A stretch of 64,000 bases of DNA from Lepidodermella squamata (lineage: Eukaryota > Animalia > Gastrotricha): contig JBLDXI010000011.1 in assembly GCA_047495785.1 (NCBI GenBank), positions 62,001 to 126,000 on the forward strand, given 5' to 3'. Under the pieces are notes generated by a model. It was not told the origin of the DNA, did not search any database, and saw only the letters and a list, made by a program, of their open reading frames with translations. Numbering within the stretch: position 1 is the stretch's first letter; each line of letters starts with the position of its first letter. Positions 11,701 to 22,400 of the stretch are shown here, piece by piece. The position numbers and the translations under genes were made by a program.

Positions 11701-13315
11701 ATTTTCGGAAGACATCAAGTCAGCTTTGGCCTCCGATTCCTTTGCAAAGTCCGTTCTTGAATCCTTAAACGGCGAACACTGCGACCCGAAGTATGAACAC
11801 TTTTCCGAGCAAAACGGCTTGCTGTTGTTCAAGAACTTGATCTACGTCCCTGAAAGTCTACGGCTGAAAGTGTTACAGCTCCGTCATGACGCCAAGGTTG
11901 CAGGGCATTTCGGTTTCCGGAAAACTTTGGAGCTTGTCTCTCGCGATTATTGGTGGCCGAAGCAACGCCAGTTTGTCTACGAGTTCGTCAAGACTTGCGA
12001 TACCTGTAAGCGAGCCAAGGCGCCAAGACACCTGCCGTATGGCAATCTCGAACCGTTACCAACCCCGGATCGACCATGGTCCTCCATTTCGATGGATTTC
12101 ATCACCGAGCTTCCTCAATCAAACGGAAATACAGTGATTCTGAATGTAGTCGATCGGCTAACGAAAATGGCCCATTTCATTTCGCTTCCCAAACTACCAT
12201 CAGCAGAAGAAACAGCTTCAGTGTTTCTCAAGGACATTTTCCGATTACACGGCGTACCAGATTCGACCGTGACAGACCGCGGCTCGCAATTCGCCTCAAA
12301 ATTCTGGAAACGATTTTTTGAGCTTCTAGGAACCGATGTCAAACTCTCAACTGCAAATCACCCGGAAACAGACGGCCAGACGGAGCGTGTCAACCAGGTG
12401 CTGGAGCAATACCTTCGTTGTTTCACGAGCTACCAACAAGACGATTGGGCCGATCTGCTCCCCATCGCTGAATTCTGCTACAATAATTCGCTGCACGCTT
12501 CGACGAACTGCACTCCTTTCCTTGCCAACTATGGTTTCCAGCCCAAATTCGACCCGTTGACACCAAATTCCAGTGAAGTTCCTCGCGCCGAAGCTCGCAT
12601 CAAGGACCTTTCGGAACTGAAAAACGCCCTCATGACCGAACTGGAAGCCGCAAAAGAAACGTACAAGAAATACGCCGACCTCAAGCGGCAACCAGGTCCA
12701 ACTTTTTCCGAAGGCGACCTTGTTTGGCTATCAGCCAAGCATGTTTCGACGAACCGACCAAGCAAAAAACTTGATTTCAAGCGTCTTGGGCCGTTCAAAG
12801 TCGTCGAGAAGATCAGTGAGTTGGTTTACCGACTTCAACTGCCTCCAAGTCTGAAAATCCATCCGGTGTTTCACATCTCCATGCTAGAGCCATACGTCGA
12901 AAACACGATTCCCGGTCGAAAACAACCGCCGCCACCACCAGTCGAATCCGAAGAAGGCGACGAATTCGAAGTTGAAGCCATACTCGACTCGAAGGTGGAA
13001 CGTGGCACCTTGAAGTACCTGGTTGATTGGAAGGGTTATGACCCAGAAGAACGAAGTTGGGAGCCGGTTTCAAACCTGAACTGTCCAGACCTGTTGGCCG
13101 AGTTCCACGCCAAGTACCCTGACAAACCGAAAGGCACGAATGCGACGTCTGGAAGCCGTCGGCTACGACGGGGGATGTCAGGACCACGCGACCCTGTAGT
13201 ATCGGCGGTCGAGAAGTTTCCAGAAACTTCCGCGTTCTCGAACCTGCCAGAACCCAGCAAGTTCTCGAACCTTCCAGAAACTTCCGATTCTAGAACATTC
13301 CATTGTAATATATAA
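8729..13315 (+). CDS. Gag-Pol polyprotein, 1528 aa (capsid, CCHC zinc knuckle, aspartic protease, RT, RNase H, integrase, chromodomain)
   Basis: CMYCGQPGHVIRTC knuckle; VDCGADGNF protease; RLCVDYRGLN and YLDD RT; ETDCS..ERNY..DKELL..DHKNL RNase H; HDAKVAGH..CDTC, MDF, TDRG and ETDGQTER integrase; GPF motif; FEVEAILD..YLVDWKGY..SWEP chromodomain. Confidence 0.98.
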   Translation: MEATELHAQLADLQGQNYAINQRLNAFTDQIAQLCTAVNALRAVAPSVQPVASDPVAQVPVTTTQPNALRAKIPGRYAGDRSKFRAFVTQCQIYLRLNAAYYPDDSAKVAFICTLLDDSARDWMTPFAETNHAIMSDFAAFLASFKAAFDDPNRTRTAELALQRLKQGNRSVAVYAAEFQRLAVDTTWNDSALAHQFRFGLSDEIKDELARVDYPSNLQDLINLSNKIDARLTERRLERKHQAIFPRSTVVPPTITAPASLPQAAAQPEPEPMQVDVVRKPLTQAEREYRRKNGLCMYCGQPGHVIRTCPTRPTTARVRKINNIQHDVPIADDEINNEESYSRSSLFLLRSVVNVPKDDLAVMAIAMVDCGADGNFMDIQFAKEHDIPLIEKKKPIPVGGIDGRSLKSGPITHQTAPLQFEIYGHIETIVFELIDSPHYPVILGIPWLELHDPTIRWSGRTIMFNAAHCKKHCNAEFQHHFVAAVSQATAAPVDPLQGLPSKYHEFADVFSEKEADKLPPHRPYDCPIDLEPGTMPPFGPIYSLSEVELEALKKYISENLEKGFIRSSKSSAGSPILFVKKKDGTLRLCVDYRGLNKITKRNRYPLPLIPELLDRLRHAKIFTKLDLRGAYNLLRIKEGDEWKTAFRTRYGLFEYLVMPFGLTNAPAAFQYFMNDIFRDMLDICVVIYLDDILIFSEDPSKHEEHVREVLRRLRENRLFSKLSKCEFDVKKVEFLGFHISTEGIAMDEKKVACIRDWKRPTSVKDIQCFMGFANFYRRFVANFAKIAHPINRLLKKNAPFHWDDSAEQAFKTLKEKFTSAPVLIHPDPDLPFIVETDCSNFALGCILSQVHSDGRLHPCAYYSRSLSDAERNYDIHDKELLAVKVAFEEWRHYLEGARHKITVYCDHKNLEYFMSQRKILSQRQARWANFFSRFDFVLTYRPGSKGGKPDALSRRPEYRGTDKNDDPEASSVLTPAHFQVMALKSFSWSCQFSEDIKSALASDSFAKSVLESLNGEHCDPKYEHFSEQNGLLLFKNLIYVPESLRLKVLQLRHDAKVAGHFGFRKTLELVSRDYWWPKQRQFVYEFVKTCDTCKRAKAPRHLPYGNLEPLPTPDRPWSSISMDFITELPQSNGNTVILNVVDRLTKMAHFISLPKLPSAEETASVFLKDIFRLHGVPDSTVTDRGSQFASKFWKRFFELLGTDVKLSTANHPETDGQTERVNQVLEQYLRCFTSYQQDDWADLLPIAEFCYNNSLHASTNCTPFLANYGFQPKFDPLTPNSSEVPRAEARIKDLSELKNALMTELEAAKETYKKYADLKRQPGPTFSEGDLVWLSAKHVSTNRPSKKLDFKRLGPFKVVEKISELVYRLQLPPSLKIHPVFHISMLEPYVENTIPGRKQPPPPPVESEEGDEFEVEAILDSKVERGTLKYLVDWKGYDPEERSWEPVSNLNCPDLLAEFHAKYPDKPKGTNATSGSRRLRRGMSGPRDPVVSAVEKFPETSAFSNLPEPSKFSNLPETSDSRTFHCNI
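13165..13175 (+). other. Polypurine tract (short, imperfect)
   Basis: ACGACGGGGGA immediately 5' of the 3' LTR. Confidence 0.65.
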
Positions 13316-13420
13316 ACCCTTGTTTCGCTTATGTTATTTTAATTGTAATATTAACTGTTTCTTTGCTAATAAACGGCAATACTTAGCTTACAGCTTCTGT
13401 GTTTTGCTTCCGCTCTTACA
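13176..13420 (+). repeat. 3' LTR (245 bp), with HSE cluster 13213-13300, TATA 13309-13316 and AATAAA 13368-13373
   Basis: Direct repeat of the 5' LTR at offset 4758, followed by TSD CAGCC and in-register resumption of the satellite. Confidence 0.97.
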
Positions 13421-16400
13421 CAGCCAAAACGGCTGAAATCGCAGTTTTGGACCCTTGTACGTAGCGCCACGATGCAGAATCGTGCGCCACCGCGGTAAAT
13501 CAGCCATATTCTGGCATCATTCGATAGTGGCAGCATGCGCAAACACGTTTGCAGGCGATTGGCGCACATTTCGGATGACCGATATTTCGCTGCCAGCCAA
13601 AACGGCTGAAATCGCAGTTTTGGACCCTTGTACGTAGCGCCACGATGCAGAATCGTGCGCCACCGCGGTAAATCAGCCATATTCTGGCATCATTCGATAG
13701 TGGCAGCATGCGCAAACACGTTTGCAGGCGATTGGCGCACATTTCGGATGACCGATATTTCGCTGCCAGCCAAAACGGCTGAAATCGCAGTTTTGGACCC
13801 TTGTACGTAGCGCCTCGATGCAGAATCGTGCGCCACCGCGGTAAATCAGCCATATTCTGGCATCATTCGATAGTGGCAGCATGCGCAAACACGTTTGCAG
13901 GCGATTGGCGCACATTTCGGATGACCGATATTTCGCTGCCAGCCAAAACGGCTGAAATCGCAGTTTTGGACCCTTGTACGTAGCGCCTCGATGCAGAATC
14001 GTGCGCCACCGCGGTAAATCAGCCATATTCTGGCATCATTCGATAGTGGCAGCATGCGCAAACACGTTTGCAGGCGATTGGCGCACATTTCGGATGACCG
14101 ATATTTCGCTGCCAGCCAAAACGGCTGAAATCGCAGTTTTGGACCCTTGTACGTAGCGCCACGATGCAGAATCGTGCGCCACCGCGGTAAATCAGCCATA
14201 TTCTGGCATCATTCGATAGTGGCAGCATGCGCAAACACGTTTGCAGGCGATTGGCGCACATTTCGGATGACCGATATTTCGCTGCCAGCCAAAACGGCTG
14301 AAATCGCAGTTTTGGACCCTTGTACGTAGCGCCTCGATGCAGAATCGTGCGCCACCGCGGTAAATCAGCCATATTCTGGCATCATTCGATAGTGGCAGCA
14401 TGCGCAAACACGTTTGCAGGCGATTGGCGCACATTTCGGATGACCGATATTTCGCTGCCAGCCAAAACGGCTGAAATCGCAGTTTTGGACCCTTGTACGT
14501 AGCGCCACGATGCAGAATCGTGCGCCACCGCGGTAAATCAGCCATATTCTGGCATCATTCGATAGTGGCAGCATGCGCAAACACGTTTGCAGGCGATTGG
14601 CGCACATTTCGGATGACCGATATTTCGCTGCCAGCCAAAACGGCTGAAATCGCAGTTTTGGACCCTTGTACGTAGCGCCACGATGCAGAATCGTGCGCCA
14701 CCGCGGTAAATCAGCCATATTCTGGCATCATTCGATAGTGGCAGCATGCGCAAACACGTTTGCAGGCGATTGGCGCACATTTCGGATGACCGATATTTCG
14801 CTGCCAGCCAAAACGGCTGAAATCGCAGTTTTGGACCCTTGTACGTAGCGCCACGATGCAGAATCGTGCGCCACCGCGATAAATCAGCCATATTCTGGCA
14901 TCATTCGATAGTGGCAGCATGCGCAAACACGTTTGCAGGCGATTGGCGCACATTTCGGATGACCGATATTTCGCTGCCAGCCAAAACGGCTGAAATCGCA
15001 GTTTTGGACCCTTGTACGTAGCGCCACGATGCAGAATCGTGCGCCACCGCGGTAAATCAGCCATATTCTGGCATCATTCGATAGTGGCAGCATGCGCAAA
15101 CACGTTTGCAGGCGATTGGCGCACATTTCGGATGACCGATATTTCGCTGCCAGCCAAAACGGCTGAAATCGCAGTTTTGGACCCTTGTACGTAGCGCCAC
15201 GATGCAGAATCGTGCGCCACCGCGATAAATCAGCCATATTCTGGCATCATTCGATAGTGGCAGCATGCGCAAACACGTTTGCAGGCGATTGGCGCACATT
15301 TCGGATGACCGATATTTCGCTGCCAGCCAAAACGGCTGAAATCGCAGTTTTGGACCCTTGTACGTAGCGCCACGATGCAGAATCGTGCGCCACCGCGGTA
15401 AATCAGCCATATTCTGGCATCATTCGATAGTGGCAGCATGCGCAAACACGTTTGCAGGCGATTGGCGCACATTTCGGATGACCGATATTTCGCTGCCAGC
15501 CAAAACGGCTGAAATCGCAGTTTTGGACCCTTGTACGTAGCGCCACGATGCAGAATCGTGCGCCACCGCGGTAAATCAGCCATATTCTGGCATCATTCGA
15601 TAGTGGCAGCATGCGCAAACACGTTTGCAGGCGATTGGCGCACATTTCGGATGACCGATATTTCGCTGCCAGCCAAAACGGCTGAAATCGCAGTTTTGGA
15701 CCCTTGTACGTAGCGCCACGATGCAGAATCGTGCGCCACCGCGGTAAATCAGCCATATTCTGGCATCATTCGATAGTGGCAGCATGCGCAAACACGTTTG
15801 CAGGCGATTGGCGCACATTTCGGATGACCGATATTTCGCTGCCAGCCAAAACGGCTGAAATCGCAGTTTTGGACCCTTGTACGTAGCGCCACGATGCAGA
15901 ATCGTGCGCCACCGCGGTAAATCAGCCATATTCTGGCATCATTCGATAGTGGCAGCATGCGCAAACACGTTTGCAGGCGATTGGCGCACATTTCGGATGA
16001 CCGATATTTCGCTGCCAGCCAAAACGGCTGAAATCGCAGTTTTGGACCCTTGTACGTAGCGCCACGATGCAGAATCGTGCGCCACCGCGGTAAATCAGCC
16101 ATATTCTGGCATCATTCGATAGTGGCAGCATGCGCAAACACGTTTGCAGGCGATTGGCGCACATTTCGGATGACCGATATTTCGCTGCCAGCCAACACGG
16201 CTGAAATCGCAGTTTTGGACCCTTGTACGTAGCGCCACGATGCAGAATCGTGCGCCACCGCGGTAAATCAGCCATATTCTGGCATCATTCGATAGTGGCA
16301 GCATGCGCAAACACGTTTGCAGGCGATTGGCGCACATTTCGGATGACCGATATTTCGCTGCCAGCCAAAACGGCTGAAATCGCAGTTTTGGACCCTTGTA

Positions 16401-19400
16401 CGTAGCGCCACGATGCAGAATCGTGCGCCACCGCGGTAAATCAGCCATATTCTGGCATCATTCGATAGTGGCAGCATGCGCAAACACGTTTGCAGGCGAT
16501 TGGCGCACATTTCGGATGACCGATATTTCGCTGCCAGCCAAAACGGCTGAAATCGCAGTTTTGGACCCTTGTACGTAGCGCCACGATGCAGAATCGTGCG
16601 CCACCGCGGTAAATCAGCCATATTCTGGCATCATTCGATAGTGGCAGCATGCGCAAACACGTTTGCAGGCGATTGGCGCACATTTCGGATGACCGATATT
16701 TCGCTGCCAGCCAACACGGCTGAAATCGCAGTTTTGGACCCTTGTACGTAGCGCCACGATGCAGAATCGTGCGCCACCGCGGTAAATCAGCCATATTCTG
16801 GCATCATTCGATAGTGGCAGCATGCGCAAACACGTTTGCAGGCGATTGGCGCACATTTCGGATGACCGATATTTCGCTGCCAGCCAAAACGGCTGAAATC
16901 GCAGTTTTGGACCCTTGTACGTAGCGCCACGATGCAGAATCGTGCGCCACCGCGATAAATCAGCCATATTCTGGCATCATTCGATAGTGGCAGCATGCGC
17001 AAACACGTTTGCAGGCGATTGGCGCACATTTCGGATGACCGATATTTCGCTGCCAGCCAAAACGGCTGAAATCGCAGTTTTGGACCCTTGTACGTAGCGC
17101 CACGATGCAGAATCGTGCGCCACCGCGATAAATCAGCCATATTCTGGCATCATTCGATAGTGGCAGCATGCGCAAACACGTTTGCAGGCGATTGGCGCAC
17201 ATTTCGGATGACCGATATTTCGCTGCCAGCCAAAACGGCTGAAATCGCAGTTTTGGACCCTTGTACGTAGCGCCACGATGCAGAATCGTGCGCCACCGCG
17301 GTAAATCAGCCATATTCTGGCATCATTCGATAGTGGCAGCATGCGCAAACACGTTTGCAGGCGATTGGCGCACATTTCGGATGACCGATATTTCGCTGCC
17401 AGCCAAAACGGCTGAAATCGCAGTTTTGGACCCTTGTACGTAGCGCCACGATGCAGAATCGTGCGCCACCGCGGTAAATCAGCCATATTCTGGCATCATT
17501 CGATAGTGGCAGCATGCGCAAACACGTTTGCAGGCGATTGGCGCACATTTCGGATGACCGATATTTCGCTGCCAGCCAAAACGGCTGAAATCGCAGTTTT
17601 GGACCCTTGTACGTAGCGCCACGATGCAGAATCGTGCGCCACCGCGGTAAATCAGCCATATTCTGGCATCATTCGATAGTGGCAGCATGCGCAAACACGT
17701 TTGCAGGCGATTGGCGCACATTTCGGATGACCGATATTTCGCTGCCAGCCAACACGGCTGAAATCGCAGTTTTGGACCCTTGTACGTAGCGCCACGATGC
17801 AGAATCGTGCGCCACCGCGGTAAATCAGCCATATTCTGGCATCATTCGATAGTGGCAGCATGCGCAAACACGTTTGCAGGCGATTGGCGCACATTTCGGA
17901 TGACCGATATTTCGCTGCCAGCCAAAACGGCTGAAATCGCAGTTTTGGACCCTTGTACGTAGCGCCACGATGCAGAATCGTGCGCCACCGCGGTAAATCA
18001 GCCATATTCTGGCATCATTCGATAGTGGCAGCATGCGCAAACACGTTTGCAGGCGATTGGCGCACATTTCGGATGACCGATATTTCGCTGCCAGCCAAAA
18101 CGGCTGAAATCGCAGTTTTGGACCCTTGTACGTAGCGCCACGATGCAGAATCGTGCGCCACCGCGGTAAATCAGCCATATTCTGGCATCATTCGATAGTG
18201 GCAGCATGCGCAAACACGTTTGCAGGCGATTGGCGCACATTTCGGATGACCGATATTTCGCTGCCAGCCAAAACGGCTGAAATCGCAGTTTTGGACCCTT
18301 GTACGTAGCGCCACGATGCAGAATCGTGCGCCACCGCGGTAAATCAGCCATATTCTGGCATCATTCGATAGTGGCAGCATGCGCAAACACGTTTGCAGGC
18401 GATTGGCGCACATTTCGGATGACCGATATTTCGCTGCCAGCCAAAACGGCTGAAATCGCAGTTTTGGACCCTTGTACGTAGCGCCACGATGCAGAATCGT
18501 GCGCCACCGCGATAAATCAGCCATATTCTGGCATCATTCGATAGTGGCAGCATGCGCAAACACGTTTGCAGGCGATTGGCGCACATTTCGGATGACCGAT
18601 ATTTCGCTGCCAGCCAAAACGGCTGAAATCGCAGTTTTGGACCCTTGTACGTAGCGCCACGATGCAGAATCGTGCGCCACCGCGATAAATCAGCCATATT
18701 CTGGCATCATTCGATAGTGGCAGCATGCGCAAACACGTTTGCAGGCGATTGGCGCACATTTCGGATGACCGATATTTCGCTGCCAGCCAAAACGGCTGAA
18801 ATCGCAGTTTTGGACCCTTGTACGTAGCGCCACGATGCAGAATCGTGCGCCACCGCGGTAAATCAGCCATATTCTGGCATCATTCGATAGTGGCAGCATG
18901 CGCAAACACGTTTGCAGGCGATTGGCGCACATTTCGGATGACCGATATTTCGCTGCCAGCCAAAACGGCTGAAATCGCAGTTTTGGACCCTTGTACGTAG
19001 CGCCACGATGCAGAATCGTGCGCCACCGCGGTAAATCAGCCATATTCTGGCATCATTCGATAGTGGCAGCATGCGCAAACACGTTTGCAGGCGATTGGCG
19101 CACATTTCGGATGACCGATATTTCGCTGCCAGCCAAAACGGCTGAAATCGCAGTTTTGGACCCTTGTACGTAGCGCCACGATGCAGAATCGTGCGCCACC
19201 GCGGTAAATCAGCCATATTCTGGCATCATTCGATAGTGGCAGCATGCGCAAACACGTTTGCAGGCGATTGGCGCACATTTCGGATGACCGATATTTCGCT
19301 GCCAGCCAAAACGGCTGAAATCGCAGTTTTGGACCCTTGTACGTAGCGCCACGATGCAGAATCGTGCGCCACCGCGGTAAATCAGCCATATTCTGGCATC

Positions 19401-22400
19401 ATTCGATAGTGGCAGCATGCGCAAACACGTTTGCAGGCGATTGGCGCACATTTCGGATGACCGATATTTCGCTGCCAGCCAAAACGGCTGAAATCGCAGT
19501 TTTGGACCCTTGTACGTAGCGCCACGATGCAGAATCGTGCGCCACCGCGATAAATCAGCCATATTCTGGCATCATTCGATAGTGGCAGCATGCGCAAACA
19601 CGTTTGCAGGCGATTGGCGCACATTTCGGATGACCGATATTTCGCTGCCAGCCAAAACGGCTGAAATCGCAGTTTTGGACCCTTGTACGTAGCGCCACGA
19701 TGCAGAATCGTGCGCCACCGCGATAAATCAGCCATATTCTGGCATCATTCGATAGTGGCAGCATGCGCAAACACGTTTGCAGGCGATTGGCGCACATTTC
19801 GGATGACCGATATTTCGCTGCCAGCCAAAACGGCTGAAATCGCAGTTTTGGACCCTTGTACGTAGCGCCACGATGCAGAATCGTGCGCCACCGCGGTAAA
19901 TCAGCCATATTCTGGCATCATTCGATAGTGGCAGCATGCGCAAACACGTTTGCAGGCGATTGGCGCACATTTCGGATGACCGATATTTCGCTGCCAGCCA
20001 AAACGGCTGAAATCGCAGTTTTGGACCCTTGTACGTAGCGCCACGATGCAGAATCGTGCGCCACCGCGGTAAATCAGCCATATTCTGGCATCATTCGATA
20101 GTGGCAGCATGCGCAAACACGTTTGCAGGCGATTGGCGCACATTTCGGATGACCGATATTTCGCTGCCAGCCAAAACGGCTGAAATCGCAGTTTTGGACC
20201 CTTGTACGTAGCGCCACGATGCAGAATCGTGCGCCACCGCGGTAAATCAGCCATATTCTGGCATCATTCGATAGTGGCAGCATGCGCAAACACGTTTGCA
20301 GGCGATTGGCGCACATTTCGGATGACCGATATTTCGCTGCCAGCCAAAACGGCTGAAATCGCAGTTTTGGACCCTTGTACGTAGCGCCACGATGCAGAAT
20401 CGTGCGCCACCGCGGTAAATCAGCCATATTCTGGCATCATTCGATAGTGGCAGCATGCGCAAACACGTTTGCAGGCGATTGGCGCACATTTCGGATGACC
20501 GATATTTCGCTGCCAGCCAAAACGGCTGAAATCGCAGTTTTGGACCCTTGTACGTAGCGCCACGATGCAGAATCGTGCGCCACCGCGATAAATCAGCCAT
20601 ATTCTGGCATCATTCGATAGTGGCAGCATGCGCAAACACGTTTGCAGGCGATTGGCGCACATTTCGGATGACCGATATTTCGCTGCCAGCCAAAACGGCT
20701 GAAATCGCAGTTTTGGACCCTTGTACGTAGCGCCACGATGCAGAATCGTGCGCCACCGCGGTAAATCAGCCATATTCTGGCATCATTCGATAGTGGCAGC
20801 ATGCGCAAACACGTTTGCAGGCGATTGGCGCACATTTCGGATGACCGATATTTCGCTGCCAGCCAAAACGGCTGAAATCGCAGTTTTGGACCCTTGTACG
20901 TAGCGCCACGATGCAGAATCGTGCGCCACCGCGATAAATCAGCCATATTCTGGCATCATTCGATAGTGGCAGCATGCGCAAACACGTTTGCAGGCGATTG
21001 GCGCACATTTCGGATGACCGATATTTCGCTGCCAGCCAAAACGGCTGAAATCGCAGTTTTGGACCCTTGTACGTAGCGCCACGATGCAGAATCGTGCGCC
21101 ACCGCGATAAATCAGCCATATTCTGGCATCATTCGATAGTGGCAGCATGCGCAAACACGTTTGCAGGCGATTGGCGCACATTTCGGATGACCGATATTTC
21201 GCTGCCAGCCAAAACGGCTGAAATCGCAGTTTTGGACCCTTGTACGTAGCGCCACGATGCAGAATCGTGCGCCACCGCGATAAATCAGCCATATTCTGGC
21301 ATCATTCGATAGTGGCAGCATGCGCAAACACGTTTGCAGGCGATTGGCGCACATTTCGGATGACCGATATTTCGCTGCCAGCCAAAACGGCTGAAATCGC
21401 AGTTTTGGACCCTTGTACGTAGCGCCACGATGCAGAATCGTGCGCCACCGCGGTAAATCAGCCATATTCTGGCATCATTCGATAGTGGCAGCATGCGCAA
21501 ACACGTTTGCAGGCGATTGGCGCACATTTCGGATGACGGATATTTCGCTGCCAGCCAAAACGGCTGAAATCGCAGTTTTGGACCCTTGTACGTAGCGCCA
21601 CGATGCAGAATCGTGCGCCACCGCGGTAAATCAGCCATATTCTGGCATCATTCGATAGTGGCAGCATGCGCAAACACGTTTGCAGGCGATTGGCGCACAT
21701 TTCGGATGACCGATATTTCGCTGCCAGCCAAAACGGCTGAAATCGCAGTTTTGGACCCTTGTACGTAGCGCCACGATGCAGAATCGTGCGCCACCGCGGT
21801 AAATCAGCCATATTCTGGCATCATTCGATAGTGGCAGCATGCGCAAACACGTTTGCAGGCGATTGGCGCACATTTCGGATGACCGATATTTCGCTGCCAG
21901 CCAAAACGGCTGAAATCGCAGTTTTGGACCCTTGTACGTAGCGCCACGATGCAGAATCGTGCGCCACCGCGATAAATCAGCCATATTCTGGCATCATTCG
22001 ATAGTGGCAGCATGCGCAAACACGTTTGCAGGCGATTGGCGCACATTTCGGATGACCGATATTTCGCTGCCAGCCAAAACGGCTGAAATCGCAGTTTTGG
22101 ACCCTTGTACGTAGCGCCACGATGCAGAATCGTGCGCCACCGCGATAAATCAGCCATATTCTGGCATCATTCGATAGTGGCAGCATGCGCAAACACGTTT
22201 GCAGGCGATTGGCGCACATTTCGGATGACCGATATTTCGCTGCCAGCCAAAACGGCTGAAATCGCAGTTTTGGACCCTTGTACGTAGCGCCACGATGCAG
22301 AATCGTGCGCCACCGCGATAAATCAGCCATATTCTGGCATCATTCGATAGTGGCAGCATGCGCAAACACGTTTGCAGGCGATTGGCGCACATTTCGGATG

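Larger units (their letters stand above)
8418..13420 (+). mobile_element. Full-length Ty3/gypsy LTR retrotransposon, chromovirus (Tf1/sushi-like), 5003 bp
   Basis: Two identical 245-bp LTRs (TGT...ACA), 5-bp TSD CAGCC (8413-8417 and 13421-13425), a single polyprotein ORF in RT-RH-IN order ending in a chromodomain, and a purine-rich tract before the 3' LTR. Confidence 0.98.

Noticed and set aside
9506-13260. Antisense and alternative-frame ORFs within the retrotransposon (possible env or accessory gene)
   Set aside because: Shadow ORFs of gag-pol with no motifs; there is no room for env between the chromodomain and the LTR.
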